Origin: Octopus vulgaris
Lineage: Eukaryota
Assembly (NCBI GenBank): GCA_951406725.2
Contig: OX597828.1
Span: forward strand, 7,626,001 to 7,690,000
Reading direction: 5' to 3'
DNA: 64,000 nt
Positions 11,878 to 26,100 of this stretch are shown here, piece by piece (the first letter of the stretch is position 1; every line of letters begins with the position of its first letter). The translations under genes and the position numbers were made by a program. A model generated the notes under the pieces. It was not told the DNA's origin, did no database searches, and worked only from the letters and a program-made list of their open reading frames with translations.

Positions 11878-12030
11878 ACAGCTGATGAAGGGGATTTTTC
11901 CTTGTGTAGTTTGTCTTGTACTCTGTTTTTTCGTTGTTAAAAAAAGGTCCGTTCCATGCTTGTTTTTACGTTTTCGTTTCTCGTTGAGTTCTACGTCTAT
12001 TTGTGGTGTCCTGTACTCACGTATATATAT
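11878..12030 (+). repeat. Interspersed repeat family X (other copies on minus strand at about 16865-17075 and 47020-47200)
   Basis: Shared ctgatgaagg...ttgtcttgt...ttcgttgtt...gttccatg...gtcctgt..cac..atat. All copies end at TA-rich repeats. Confidence 0.65.
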
Positions 12031-12178
12031 TTATATATGCATGTATATATGCATGTAGATGTAGGTACGTACATATATGTATGTATGTATGCATATATTT
12101 TATTTATTACACTATTGTATGACTGAGCGCCCTCGCGTCGATTCGATTCGTTTCGTTTCGTTTCTTTTTCTCCAAGTA

Positions 12179-12235
<57 letters not shown>

Positions 12236-12476
12236 AGTGTACTTTCATGTGTTTGCATGTGTCTGTGTGAGTTTGTGCATGAAGAATTATAAGCAAAATA
12301 TTATAAAGCCTTAGTGTGGGTTAAATTAAAATATAAACAAAGTCCCTCCCTCATTTTTTTCTTTGCACATCAAGCGTAGAATTGAAATCTGTACCATATA
12401 AGTGTGAAGTGAACATCCCAAGTGTGAAGTATATTTAAACATAAAGACATAATATACATACTTATATATGCATACA

Positions 12477-12855
12477 GGCGCTGGCGTGGCCGGTGGTAAG
12501 AAGTTGGCTTCCCAGCCACATGGTTTCGGGTTCTTGCCCACTGCGTGAAACTTGGGCAAGCGTATTCTTCTATAGCTTCGGGCCGACAAAATGCTTTGTG
12601 TGTGGATTTGGTAGACGGAAACTGGAAAAAGCCTGTTTTATACACATATGCACATATTTGTGTGTGTGTGTGTATTTTTGTATCTGATATTGGTGTCTTT
12701 ACGAACTTAGCGGTTCGGGAAAAGAGACCGCTAAAATAAGTATTAGGCTTACAAGAAAATAAGTCTTGGGGTCGATTTCTTCGATTAAAAACCCTTTAAG
12801 GCGGTGCTCCAGCATGACCGCAGTCAAATGACTGAAACAAGTAAAAGAATGATAG
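12477..12855 (+). mobile_element. SINE-A copy
   Basis: Head ggcgctggcgtggccggtggtaag through tail gaaacaagtaaaagaa. Confidence 0.9.
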
Positions 12856-12893
12856 AATTCATATATATATGCGTGTGTGTGTGTGTGTGTGTG

Positions 12894-12962
<69 letters not shown>

Positions 12963-13021
12963 TATATATATATATACACACACACAGACATATGGGTGTG
13001 TGCGTGTGTGTGTGCACACAT

Positions 13022-13066
<45 letters not shown>

Positions 13067-13857
13067 CATCTATTATAGTAACTATAGATCTAGTCATATA
13101 TACAGTCATAAATATTGTCAGATGTCTATGTTGAATGTATATAATCATACATAAGCCATCAATTATATAAAAGATAAATGTTTGTCTTTTTGTCCGTCCA
13201 GCTTTTTCGAAAGCTATATTTCTTTTCACGGTAGCAATTGAAAGACAGTCTAGTAGATTTTTTTCAATGCAGAGAATCTACAGCTATGATATTATTAATA
13301 ATTAAAAATTATATTTAGTCATTATATTATTATTTCCAGAGAAGCTTTAGCTTGTTAAAGTTTGACACATGTGTATATCTGTTCAATATTTCACCTTTAC
13401 TTTTTTAACATAATTCTTATTAATGTTTTCGTTATGTTATTTTCGTTTTTCACTTCTTTTCTTTTATTTATTTATTTATTTATTTTTGTTTGTCGTCTAA
13501 CTGCACAATGTTCTAATTCATTGATACGCCATCTGACGAATGCCTAAGGAGTTGGTGTCAAAGAAGAAAAAAAAGTTTTGAAAAATATTTATCAAAACTT
13601 TCAAAACCAGATATCTAGACATACACCCCCCCCCCAAAAAAAAACCCCATCTATTTAATTACAATTCCACACATATTACCATGTCTATACATTGTTCGTA
13701 CCACTGCTTACAAACAATACAAAGCCTATAGTATGTATGTACGTATGTATGCATGTATGTATGTATGTGTGAATGTATATATGTATGCATGTATGGACGT
13801 ATGCATGTATACGTATATGCATGCACACATACATATATATATGGATAGAGAGAGAGG

Positions 13858-13888
<31 letters not shown>

Positions 13889-13901
13889 TATATATATCTA
13901 T

Positions 13902-13980
<79 letters not shown>

Positions 13981-14711
13981 TATATACATATATACATTTA
14001 AATTTAATATAACGTACGCACACACAAATGCATTTATATAATGCATACGTACTCACACTTTTATTGGTCTCAGTTATTAAAATGCAGCCAGCCTTTCAAT
14101 GAGTTTTATCTAATCATATCGACCGCCGTTTTTATCTCAGGCTGTTATTTCGTTTATCGATCTCTAGTTATCGAATCACTAGGTTACGTTTTTGAAACAC
14201 AGACTGAAGTACGGTCGTTCACACACATAGAAACACCTACATACAATAGATTTCTACAGAGTTTGTGTCTACCACATTCCACATCAGGTTTAGGTAATTC
14301 AGCTATCGTTATAATTTATTGTGGCAAAGGGTAGGGTTGCGATGATGCATAAAGACTTTTATGGTGTAAATCCCAGAAATCCAGACGTAACCACAAATTG
14401 TACAGGCAATGGCAAACTGAATTTAAAGGACATTAGCGGGAACTCAAGTGCAGGTGCTCAGAAATTCTGAGCTGTCTACTTTCGGCAATAGGGATAGGAT
14501 GAGGGGAGCCGGCCCAAAACTGAAGTCCAGTCTGCAGGAGAAAGGACGGAATTTTAAGGATCGTGGGATTTGACTCTCAAGCCCAGATAATGTGGGAGCT
14601 GTCAAAATGCAAAATGAAAGAGCACATGATTAAATATCATTTCTAACTCTCCCCAGCTCCATTAATTATGCAAAAGTGGGAAATGAGGGTGGGCCCTTGG
14701 TATAGAATATT

Positions 14712-14767
<56 letters not shown>

Positions 14768-15589
14768 GGGGGAACGTTAGTGTAGTGAGCAAAATTATCA
14801 GGGTGCAAGACTGCACTTCATGAGAGAGATATAGATGAAACCGAAAAGTTTAAGAGTGTTTACTTTGCAGGCAGCACGTGCATGCGATACTATGGCGGAT
14901 CTGAAAAGAAACTTTAACTTTTCTCAAGTTATTCAAACATCCCGTAGGGCGACATAAATTATGTGTAAAAGAAATGCACTGACTGCTCAGTGTGACGATG
15001 ACGATGAGAAGAGGCTTCTGATAGGAGAACTGTGAAGTACCAAGACCTGGATCACTAATCTGGAGTTATAATATGACCGTTCTGGGCATGTTAACTGAGT
15101 TTTGAATACAGAGTGTTAATAACTCTGGGAATGATATGAATGGAAAAAAAGTCAGCTGCTCGCAAGACCGGGGGATAGCATAAAGAACTTCTTGTAGGTT
15201 GGTTCTGGAATAAACGGAGGGAGTTGGTGTGGTAGCCAGGGGATGTTCTAGGACAAGTTTTCACTGCTGACTCACCAACCGACAATAGTTTGGGTTTAGT
15301 GTTGAAAGGTTGACAGAAAGACGAATTCAGTTTGGTTACTTCTCCAGGCTAAAAATTGTAGTCAAAAGGAAGTTGCCAGTCGCTTAGCTCTGATGTTTAA
15401 CTTGCAGATTACTTCAAGGGTCCACTATTGAGTCTCAAATATTGGCACTACTCTACATTGTTAAAGCATTGTGGGATATGGGTTTAGTTAATGAAAACAA
15501 CTCTTAACATTTTTTCCCAACACGCTAATGATTCTGCTTGCTCACCGCCATATAAATAATAACAACAACAACATCAATAAAAGTTTCAC

Positions 15590-15780
15590 GTTTTGGCACA
15601 AGGCCGGCAATTTTGGTGGATGTGTAAGTCGATTACAAGTCGTACATATTTTATTGTCCCTGAATGGAAAAAAGGTAAATTTGACCTCGGTGAAATTTGA
15701 ACTCAGAACATAAATACGAAAGAAGTGCCGCTAAGTATTTTACTCGGCGCGGTAACGATTCTACTAGCTCACCGACTTAT
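15590..15780 (-). mobile_element. SINE-B copy (ggccttgtgccaaaa-type tail)
   Basis: ttttggcacaaggccggcaatttt ... tttgaactcagaac ... gctcaccgac. Confidence 0.7.
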
Positions 15781-16302
15781 CAGCGAATGCAATATTATCA
15801 TTGATTACGAGGTACTAATAACGTTCATTACTAGCGAAATGGAAGATATTCCTGTGTCTCGTGAGAACCATTTGTCCAGTTGTAAGATTACTTGGGTATA
15901 TCTAAACATGATCACCATAAGCAGTGTTGAGAGAAAGGACAACCCCAGACTGTTGCCTATTACAGAGGCAGCTAGACGGGGTTTAAATCTGACGCAGTAA
16001 TTAAGAATAATCTCTATTGCTTTCAGTTCCGGTACAATTCCAATAAAGAATTAGTAATAGGTATGAGATCTATGAATATGAGCATGGAAATAGCGAAATA
16101 GCTAATAGAAGCTCCGTTGATGGTAACAGTATGAAATATCATTTATATTGTCGGTGACATAGTGAATTAACATCCAGCATGCGCAACTTCTCATGCATGT
16201 GCATATGTGTACGTGTATATATATATATATATATATATATAAATTGTTATATATATATATATAACAATTGTACTAATCTACCGATCCATTCTTGTTGCTT
16301 TT

Positions 16303-16350
<48 letters not shown>

Positions 16351-17558
16351 GCATAAACATATGCCTGTGGGTGTGTGTGTGTATGCATAAAATGTGTATA
16401 TACACATATAAATGGATAGATAAGTAAACAATAGCTTGATAGAGCGATATTCATTGAAAGGAATTCAAGATTATTAATATCTTGATAAAACAGTTCAGTG
16501 TGGATCACTTATATATTGCATTTCTTTTTATGAAACTTGGCCTTGTGCTAAATCACTGACAAAAGATACACACACACACACACACACACAAATACATAAG
16601 TTTATTTTTATGTTCAGTTATAATAAAAACAATGTTGCATTAATCTAATGGTTACTCTATAACTTTATAGAGTAATTTTTATTTCTTATAGAAGTTTATT
16701 GTTGACAGTGACTTCGAAATTTCGGTCAGATTATTCATCGTTGGACAGTATATATATATATGAATACGTAAGTGTGTGTATATAAACATAATAATAATAT
16801 AAATAATATATATATATATATATATACAAACGTATATGTACATACTTACATATATACATATATACATATGCATATGTGGACACAGGACATCACAGAACGT
16901 AAACAATATAAAATACGAAAACATGAGATACGAAATACGAATACATGGAATATGAACTTATTTTAGCAAACAACGAAAGAGACAAATGGAAAACAAGACA
17001 AGCAACATAACGAACGACCGTTCATCAGTTGTCGGCTATTTTTCTAATCCGTATTTCGAGCAATTCACGACAAGATACGCCTTCGATAAAACAGTTACAC
17101 CCGCAAAGCAAATTAAATAAATTTGGGGATTTTGCGGAGGGTCAAAATTGGTAACAAAAACAGGACAGTCAAAGCAAACAGGAAGGGCTGCTAAGCCTAA
17201 ACGAAGTGAAGCGGTGAACGCCGAGAAGCAAGCTTGGACAGGAGACAGACAAGAATGCCTCTGATTCGTCCAGCTGAATCAGAAGAACAGAAACACAAGG
17301 TAGAAAAAAAAGTAAGATGGCTGATGGCTACATGAGAGACACGAGAGAGCATAGGAGAAAGAGTAAGGGAAAGAGAGTGAGAAACAGAGAACGGTGGAGG
17401 GGAGGGGGAAAATTAGAAAACGGACAGGAGAGAAAAACGAGAGGGGGAGAAGGGGAGATAAAATGAATTAGAGAAAGGAAGAGAGAAAAATGAAAGAATA
17501 ATAGAATACTAGGATATAATAGAATAGAAGTGTCGCATCAGAATTATTAAGATAAAAC

Positions 17559-17616
<58 letters not shown>

Positions 17617-17639
17617 CATATATATATATAAAATAAATA

Positions 17640-17900
17640 TATAAAAATACAAAATGGGACAAGAACGCAAAACATTCAAATAGACGATACAAAAAACGGG
17701 CGGGTCATTCGAAGCCTCTAATCTTCAGTCAAGAACCGGATCATCCTCGCAATTTCGGCTGATTAATCTTGAGATTGCTCCGATCTGGCCAGCCCCAAGG
17801 AAAAACTAAGCTACGAGCATTAGATTTCTTGGAAAAAGGATCGAATGTATACGAAACAAGGACAGAAAAACGGACGATGTTACACGAATATAAATACAAA
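17640..17900. repeat. Interspersed repeat family Y abutting (TA)n (other copies at about 47605-47720, 49302-49432, and reversed at 59975-60170)
   Basis: Shared aaaatacaaaatgggacaagaacgcaaaaca...ttcgaagcc...cttcagtcaagaaccggatcatcctcg..atttcggctgattaatctt. Confidence 0.8.
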
Positions 17901-19082
17901 AAACAAAAAGTAAAACGAATATAAATACAAAAAACAATAATAATAATAACAGGACAAAAACAAAACCTTACTCATATACACATATATAAGCATATACATA
18001 CATATACAGAGACACATGCGTACACACATATATAGTTTTTATAAGTGGAAGGAAACGATGCAGCTGAAAAAAGGTCTAATACCTTCTATCTATGTAACCT
18101 TCTCTCTGCCTGCCTGTCTGTCTGTCAGCCTCTCAGTCTGTCTGTTTATTATATGGGGTCAGGGAGAATAGATTTACGTGATGCTATCTAAATTACCATT
18201 ACAAAACAATAAAAAAAAATAGAAAAGAAAAGAAGAAATAAGAAAAATATGAAAAAATATATATATAAAAATAAACTATATAGTATAATTGCACAAGAAT
18301 GATAGCGAAACGAACGCGTGTTCGCCTAAATAATCAGGAACTGTAATCATGTTTCAGAGCATTTGATAAACGATGGGAAATTAAGTTGTTTGCTGAAATA
18401 AATATCTTTCATAAATCTAAACATCACCACGGACTGTCCAACTAGATTTTATTACAGGCATCACTCAATGATCAGATTTTTATCAATTGTTATATACACT
18501 TCATTAATTGTCATGTGATTAATTCCGACCAATGAACACACGGTTGAACTTTTCAAGACATACATACACACACACACATGTATGTATGCATGTATGTATG
18601 TATGTATGTATGTATGTATGTATGTATGTATGTATGCATGTATGTATGTATGTATGTATGCATGTATGTATGTATGTATGTATATATGTATGTATGTATG
18701 TATGTATACGTATGTGTGTTTGTGTGTTTGTATGTGTATTTTTAATAAATTTGTGTTTGTACTATTTTCGCTTTTTTTTCTGACGCAAGTGGTGTATGTC
18801 AGCAAAATTGTCACCACTATATCTGATAATTTTAAACACAAATTAGTGTTAGTATTGGCTTCAAATGTTGATACAAAGCCAGCAATTTCGGTGGGGGTGG
18901 GTTGTTGACTTGATTTGTACTAACACCAGTGTTCAACTGGTTCTTATTTTATCGATCACGAAAGAATGAAAGACGAAGTCGACCTCGGCGGGATTGGAGC
19001 TCAAAACTAAAGACACAGAAAATGTCGCTAATGGACCCACCGAGGACTATATGGAGTCCGGTCGAAGATCATTGCACTAGAC

Positions 19083-19388
19083 CATATGTTCTCAAAGTGG
19101 GCGCTATCGCCCCCGGTGGGCGTTGAGAAAACCTAGGTGCGCGCTGGTGCCTAAGGAGGCGTTGGGAGGGAGGCAGTGGGTTGGGGAACGCTATGACTTT
19201 ATTAAAATATTATTGGAGTATTGTATATAAATTATATAATATATTAAATATCGAATGATCCATAGTATATATAAATGAGTAAAATCTAAAATATGTATTT
19301 ATACATAAAAATAGGGGTGGGCGCTGAGGGTAGTATGTGGTCATGAGGCGGGGTGGGGGCGGTGGCTCCATAAGTTTGAGAACCTCTG
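19083..19388. mobile_element. hAT (Charlie-like) MITE
   Basis: Terminal inverted repeats catatgttctcaaagt / agtttgagaacctctg. The 8-bp flanks cactagac and aattagac resemble a decayed nnnTAnnn target-site duplication. Confidence 0.7.
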
Positions 19389-19475
19389 AATTAGACTATC
19401 GGAAAAATACCCTGGGGTGTTTCATTATGGTCCTTTACGACCTGATTTTACAATTTTCCTAGGTTAGTTTTTCTA

Positions 19476-19650
19476 GGCGTAGGAGTGGTTGTGTAGTAAG
19501 TAGCTTGCTTACGAACCACATGGTTCTGGGTTCGGTCCCACTGCGTGGCACCTTTTTTGGGCATGTGTCTTCTACTATAGCCTCGGCCCGACTAAAGCCT
19601 TGTGAGTGGATTTGGTAGAGGGAAACTGAAAGAAGCCCGTCGTATATATG

Positions 19651-19687
<37 letters not shown>

Positions 19688-19910
19688 GTGTGTGTTTGTG
19701 TGTGTCTGTGTTTGTCCCCCCAACATCACTTGACCACCGATGCTGGTGTATTTACGTCCCCGTAACCTAGTGGTTCGGCAAAAGAGACCGATAGAATAAG
19801 TACTAGGCTTACAAAGAATAAGTCGTGGGGTCGATTTTCTCGACTAAATGCGGTGCTCCAGCATGGCCACAGTCAAATGAATGAAACAAGTAAAAGAGTA
19901 AAGAGTAATG
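19476..19910 (+). mobile_element. SINE-A, full-length copy
   Basis: Complete head, internal (TA)n(TG)n, tail gtaaaagagtaaagag. Confidence 0.92.
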
Positions 19911-21259
19911 AGTAGTTCCACCTTTCCATTTTTCCAGAAGCATGAAAATTGATATCAGTTGGGAGCCCATATGATTTGGATTGACCATACACTTCTCCAT
20001 GACATCAACAGTTATGTTTGCGTTAGAAGTCATTGTTGTTTTGGATAACCTTAAGGCATCGCGCTAGCAGCATTGTTAGGAGCAAAATACATCGTGATAT
20101 TACTTCCAGCTCTTAATGTTTTGACTTCAACTCCGCTGAGTTCAACTTTGCTCACATACCTTCGCTGTCGAAAAAAACAAAGTACTAGCTAAATACTGGT
20201 GATGATGTTATCAACTGTGCCCAGTCTTTTGTCAAAATTGCTTGCCGTGTCCCTAATTCAGATATAATTATTCTGGTCAACGTTTCAGTCACCAAAGCCT
20301 AGGTTTACCGCGTTACAAAACCTAATCGTGAATTGTTTTCAGTGAGAAAACTAGACTTACCAAAATTTACCGTACTTATTTATAGCTGTGAGTTTCTCAG
20401 CAGTTTCAAATCTCAATTCAATTCCAACAGAAACTATTCTGCTGTTTCAACTCCAACTGCAACGACGAACGTCTGTTGAGGCAATCACGACAATACAGTG
20501 AAAGTTATAGCACATTCCTAACAACGATATCTATTAGATTAGGTGACGTTTGTTGGAATAATATCTGATATCTGATATCAATAGCGATATCTAATATTGG
20601 TTAGAACATGATATATGTCATATTATTAGACATAGAGGGTGATGAAAGTGAATTAATTGCACACATATTGTCGACATGATACTGGTACTTTTCTGCAGTT
20701 TAAATAACATCCTCAAATATATAAGGATCAAAGCTGTAAAACCTGTTCAGAAATGTAATAAAAATGCATTGCATTTCATGACGTTAATACTATAGAATTC
20801 AAAGAATAATTGCTACCATAAAAAGCATAGAAACAAAGAAAGGACTTTTACGTGGTCGTTCGGCCGCTAACAATAATAGCCAAATCTTGTTGAAGCCACG
20901 CTTGTCTTAAATACAGAAAGATGTAATAGATAACGTAGTACTTGAAGTAGAGAAAAATAGATTCCACGGGATGCTTATTTCTAAGCCTTTCCATAATCAC
21001 AAGTCTGCGCGAACAGAAGCATTGTAAATTTAAGACACACACACACATATACACACTCATGCACGCACGCACAGACACACAGAGAGACACACATAGACAA
21101 ATGAAGCGATAAGCATTCAGGAAGATGTCAATGTTTTACATATCTCTCAGCAGAAAGAGGTACACATGTGGATGTGTGTGTGTGCGTATGTGTGTTTGTG
21201 TGTGTGTGTGTATGCGTGTGCATGCGAGAGAGGGAGAGAATGATGGTGAGTGTGTGTTC

Positions 21260-21301
<42 letters not shown>

Positions 21302-21614
21302 ATGCGCGTGTATGTCTGTATATGTAGGTATGTATGAATGTATGCGTATATGTATATATGTGTGTGTATATATATTTATAAATAAGGATAATATCGATAT
21401 TTAAATATCGATATTATCAAGTGGCCAGCATAGGGAAAAAATACCATACAAAAGTAATAATTTTTACAACTAAAAATATATTTTTGCTAGTCTATTTTGT
21501 CCTTCTGTCTTATCTCATGCTGCGATATGAACATTTAATGTGGTTTTTAGAGTCAGGGATTTGACTGCTATTTCGGCATGGTGGTGTCTCTCAGACACCC
21601 TTATTTTTAGTTAA

Positions 21615-24215
21615 TATATATATATAGTTAATAAAAGAAAATGGAGAAAAAAGACAGGCAAAAACAAAACCGCGTGCACGTGGTACATGCAAGGTATTAA
21701 TAAGACTTTCAGAGAAGGAATGGAGAGTGGTTGTTTTACGTTTCGAGCAAAGCACTTTTTCGGGAAAAGGAAACATAGGAAAGTCCAAAAGAAAAGGAAG
21801 AAGGAGGGAAAAATCGCCAATAGTCCATGTGTTGTTACATTTTGGAATGTCCGGACGTAGATGGACAAAGAGAAAGTGCTTTCTGGGACAGGAGAGCGTG
21901 AAGAATGGTTGGTAATTGTGTGTGTGATAGTGTGTGTGTATGATAGTGCGTGTGTATGTGGCAATAACTGAGTGCGTATGTGTGACTAACTGAGTGTGTG
22001 TGTGTGGTAGTAATTGTGTGTGAGTGTACGTATGAAGGTGGTGGTGCGTGTGTGTAAGGTCGCGTGTGTGTGCGTGGTAGCGTGTGCGCATGTGTTGGTA
22101 ACTGTGTGTGTGTCTGTGTGTGTGTGTGTGTACATAATGTGTGTAGTATTAACTGTTTACATGTTTTTATGTGAGTGATCTGTGTGTGTGTCTGTTAATG
22201 CCGTAATGAAACATCAGTAGCTATGGTAACGGGTATATGTATGGTTAGGCGTGTGTTTTTGCCCATGTGAGTAGATGGGATGGTCAGTTGTTGTCGGGGC
22301 CAAAGAAGGGTGTGAGAGAGGTAGTCTGAAGGCTGTGTGGATGGGTGGGCGTGGATATGTGTGTGTACGTGTTGGCATGTGCACGTAGACAGAATGTGAA
22401 TGTGTGTATGGGTGAGTGTGGAGATATGTATGGGTGCGTGTGTGGGTCCCACTCCCTCTGTGTCAGACTCTCTCTCTCTCACTCTGTATATGTATATGTA
22501 TGTTCGTGTGTGTGCATGTGCGTATGAGTGAGTGCGGGGATGGGTGTGTGTATATGCGTGTGAGTGTGGAGGTGTATGTATGTGTGTGTTCTGTATGCGT
22601 TTTGTGTGTGTGGTGGTATATGTGCGTTCATGTGTGTATGTGTGTGTGCGTGCGTGTGTGTGTATGTACGTGTGTGTATGCATGTGTGTATTTGTGTGTG
22701 CGTGTATGTACGTTATGTATGTATGCGTGTGCATGTATGTGTGTGTGCTTGTGTGTATGTGTGTATGTCCATGGTTTGTGTGTACGGAGGTGTATATACA
22801 GGTGTATATGTTCCTGTGTATGTGTGTGCGTGCATGTGTGTATGTATGTGCGTGTATGTGTGTGCGTGTATGTACGTGTGTGTATGTGTGTGTGCACATG
22901 TATGGCTGTGTGAGTGTGTTTATCTGTGTGTCATTTTGTCGTGCGTTCTCTCATTGTATAAATGTGTGTGTGTATCTATCTCTGTCATTCTGTTGCGTGT
23001 GTATGTGGAAGTGTATGTACGTGCGTGCATATGTGTGTATATATGTGTGCGTTGTGTGTGTGTTTTGTATGTAGAGGGTTGTGAGTGGAGGTATCTGTGC
23101 GTTCGTTCGTGCGTGCGTGTGTGCATGTGTGAGAAGGAGAGGGTTAGTGGCACGTGGTGTGTGGTGTCTGGTATAGAAATAGGAGATAAAAAATTAATAT
23201 AAATACGTAGTCCAAAAATACAAATAAGCAGGAATTGGTAAAATAAAACCATAAAGGAAAAAAAATTGTAAAACAAATCAGTGAGAAAAATAAAAATAAA
23301 TAAATAATATAAAGTAAAACATAAGAATTAAAAAAATAAAATATAATAAGAATAAAATAAAATAAAATATTATTAAAAAGGAATAAAGGAAAGAACGATA
23401 AAAAATCGTTAATAAACGATAAAAGTTATTAAAAAGATGAATGAAAATAATAAATGAGTGAAAATAAGATAGGATGAAAAGTTGTTTTTAAAGGTGTAGA
23501 GTCAGTCATTGGTGTTTGAGTATGTAGAATAAAGATGTAACGCTGTTCGAGGCGGAGTCTCAGTTTGATGGATCCATGGTGTAGGACAAGGCCGAAGATG
23601 GTGATGTTCGAGGTGGAGTGGTTGGCCAAGCGAAAATGACGGGCGACGGGAGATGTTTGTACGTAGGTGAACATCTCGTAGATGTTCGGTGAACTGGTCG
23701 ACTAGACGGCGGCCCGTCTGGTCAATAAAAAGTCTGTTGCAGAGATTACACCTGATGCGGTAAATAAGGCTGGAAGAAGTGCAGGAGAAGGAGATAATAA
23801 TGTGGAGGGTGTACTAATTGGATCCAGTGTGGGAGGTGGTGTTAGTGATGAAAGGATAGAGGTGGCAACGAGAACTGTACAAGGGAAGGATCCGAGTAGT
23901 GTTGGAACGGAGTGGGGAAGTGCTCCGGACTAGTAGATCGCGTAGGTTACAGTAGGGCAGGGTTTAAAAGAGAGCAGGGTAGGTTGGGGAAAATAGGGAG
24001 GGTGACGGGATCTAACTGGAGGTGACAGAAGGCGCGTAAGATCCTCCGACGAGGGGTAGGGTGGAGGAGTGGAAAAAGAGGGAAAAGAGGATGTGAATGG
24101 GGGATCGGTGTGGGAAAGAAGAGAGGGCGGTGGTGCGATCCATTAGACGAGCACGGGTATGGGCACTTTGGACTAGGGTGGATGTGTATCTGTGACACAT
24201 GAACAAGCGGGCCAC
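21615..24215 (-). mobile_element. 5'-truncated Penelope-like element: GIY-YIG endonuclease remnant plus long low-complexity 3' region
   Basis: Minus strand 24210-23480 reads NLRDLLVRS...SFSCTSSSLIYRIRCNLCNRLFIDQTGRRLVDQFTEHLRD / SPVARHF...RLRLEQRYIFILHT. It continues through T-rich and degenerate (CA) tracts and a decayed hammerhead at about 21734-21770, ending at (TA)n. The full extent is inferred. Confidence 0.75.
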
Positions 24216-25107
24216 TCACAAGGTTTTGGTCAGCCCCACGCTATAGTAGAATGGATTTGTCCGAGGTGCCATGCAATGGAACTGAACCCGAGTTGCCTTA
24301 CTGTTAGGAAGAACAAAAGAAGTATTCTGCTCAGGAAGCATTAAATATCTAATAAATACAGTATGTAAATGTGAGCTACTATCAGTTTCATGCTTTGGTA
24401 GGACAATAGTCGGACGAGCTTGTATAGTATGCCGTGTACTATTCTGCAATGCTTCAGGTTCAAAATGAAAGATGGCTACTTTCAGATGCAAAGCAAGAAA
24501 GAACGGTAAAAGGGGCGAGAAAAAACGAGAGAAAAAAGTAAATGAAAATAGGAAAAGCCAAATAAACAAAAAAACAAAACAAAGGCAAATGAAGCACGGT
24601 AAGATCTGTGTCCCTTTAATCTGTTAGAATAGGAATTAACATGGCTTGGTGTAGTTAATTTGATGGGGAAATATTTATGAAACTTCAGTCCTCGCGATTC
24701 AACATAAGTGTGTGTGTTTAAATGATAGTTACAGATGACGTTACGTCACCTGATGTACCTCTTTTGTATTCTGCATTCCATCTGATGTAATTAAATCGTT
24801 CTACGCTCACTAGAGAGCAGTGCAGAATGAAGCCGAAACGAGTGTTGTGATAATAGAGCTCCTAGTTAGATTCCGTCTTCCGTACCAATCATTTGAAATA
24901 TACCCTACGCACATCTCGGAATTCCGGACGTAGATCCAACGACGAATGAACAGTAATGCTGATGACGCCTGATAGTCATAAGTGGTGAACGTGCTGTGCA
25001 GGCACACTACATGGGACTTGGTTACTGTATTAAACGCCTCCTTTCTAAACCTTGATTGTTTAATTCTAAATTTGCAGTCAGAATTTTGGATAATTCTTTA
25101 TCAGATC

Positions 25108-25144
<37 letters not shown>

Positions 25145-25224
25145 AGTGTGTGTGTCTGTATATGTATGTGTGTGTATATATATATATACATATATATACG
25201 TATGTGTGTATATATGTGTATGCA

Positions 25225-25288
<64 letters not shown>

Positions 25289-25480
25289 TAGGTGAATGAA
25301 TTATCCTAGTATGGATAATTCGGTTAATCGATATCTGGGTAGCAATTCACGTCAGAAAACACGGTTGAAGCTACATGCCAAGGGCAAAACCCCGTGTTCC
25401 TGTGTGGAAATTGTGTGTTTTTTTTATATGAATAAATGAAAGGAATGGAGTCGAACGAAGATTTTAACAAAATTCCTTTA

Positions 25481-25563
25481 CTTTCGACACATGTTTCGAA
25501 GACTGCATATTCTTAATTCCGAAGGAATAAAGTGTGCATTATGTCGTCTTCTCTTCAGGAAAG
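25481..25563 (-). ncRNA. Type I hammerhead ribozyme motif (left arm)
   Basis: Reverse complement of 26983-27065. Confidence 0.8.
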
Positions 25564-26100
25564 ACAAGGAGCCTCTATCAGTCTCACGACGAACAAAAAC
25601 GTCTTGATGACTGCCTACATTGTGTCCACAGTGATAATGAGTGTTTTTTAAAATTATCCGTTATTAGCAATGACATCAAAATTGGTTGGAAGGAGGAAGT
25701 ATTAAAAATAGGAAGGGAACAAAATGTTTGTTGTATGAATGGGGATGCCCGGATGCTTGCTTATGTTAATAAGTGTGAGTGTTTATGTGTGTGTATTAGT
25801 GTGTGAATATAACTGCTTTTGTGTCTATGTATGTGTGTGTGTGTAATTGTGTGTGTGTCTGTGTGTGTGGGACAATTGTCAAATATATCTAGTAGTGATG
25901 TGACAAATTTGTGTCTGTGTGTTTGATTGGGCGTATGATAGAGAGAGAGAGAAAGAGAGAGAAGGGGAGAGGTAAAGAGATAGAGACAAACATACGCCAA
26001 CGGTATATAGTAGTACTGTTCCATGTAACGGGTTAGAAAGAAAGAATTTGTCTATGGTAGTGGCGTCCAGTAATTCCAAATTAAAAATTCCATTTGCCAA

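Noticed and set aside
13520-13562. ctgacga-atgcc...ggtgt-caaa hammerhead-like motif
   Set aside because: GAAA and stems I and III are missing.
22195-23276. Long His/Thr- or Cys/Val-rich ORFs
   Set aside because: Translations of degenerate (GT)n, open in several frames.
24955-24996. ctgatga-cgcc...ggtg-aacgtg hammerhead-like motif
   Set aside because: Core incomplete and no valid cleavage triplet.
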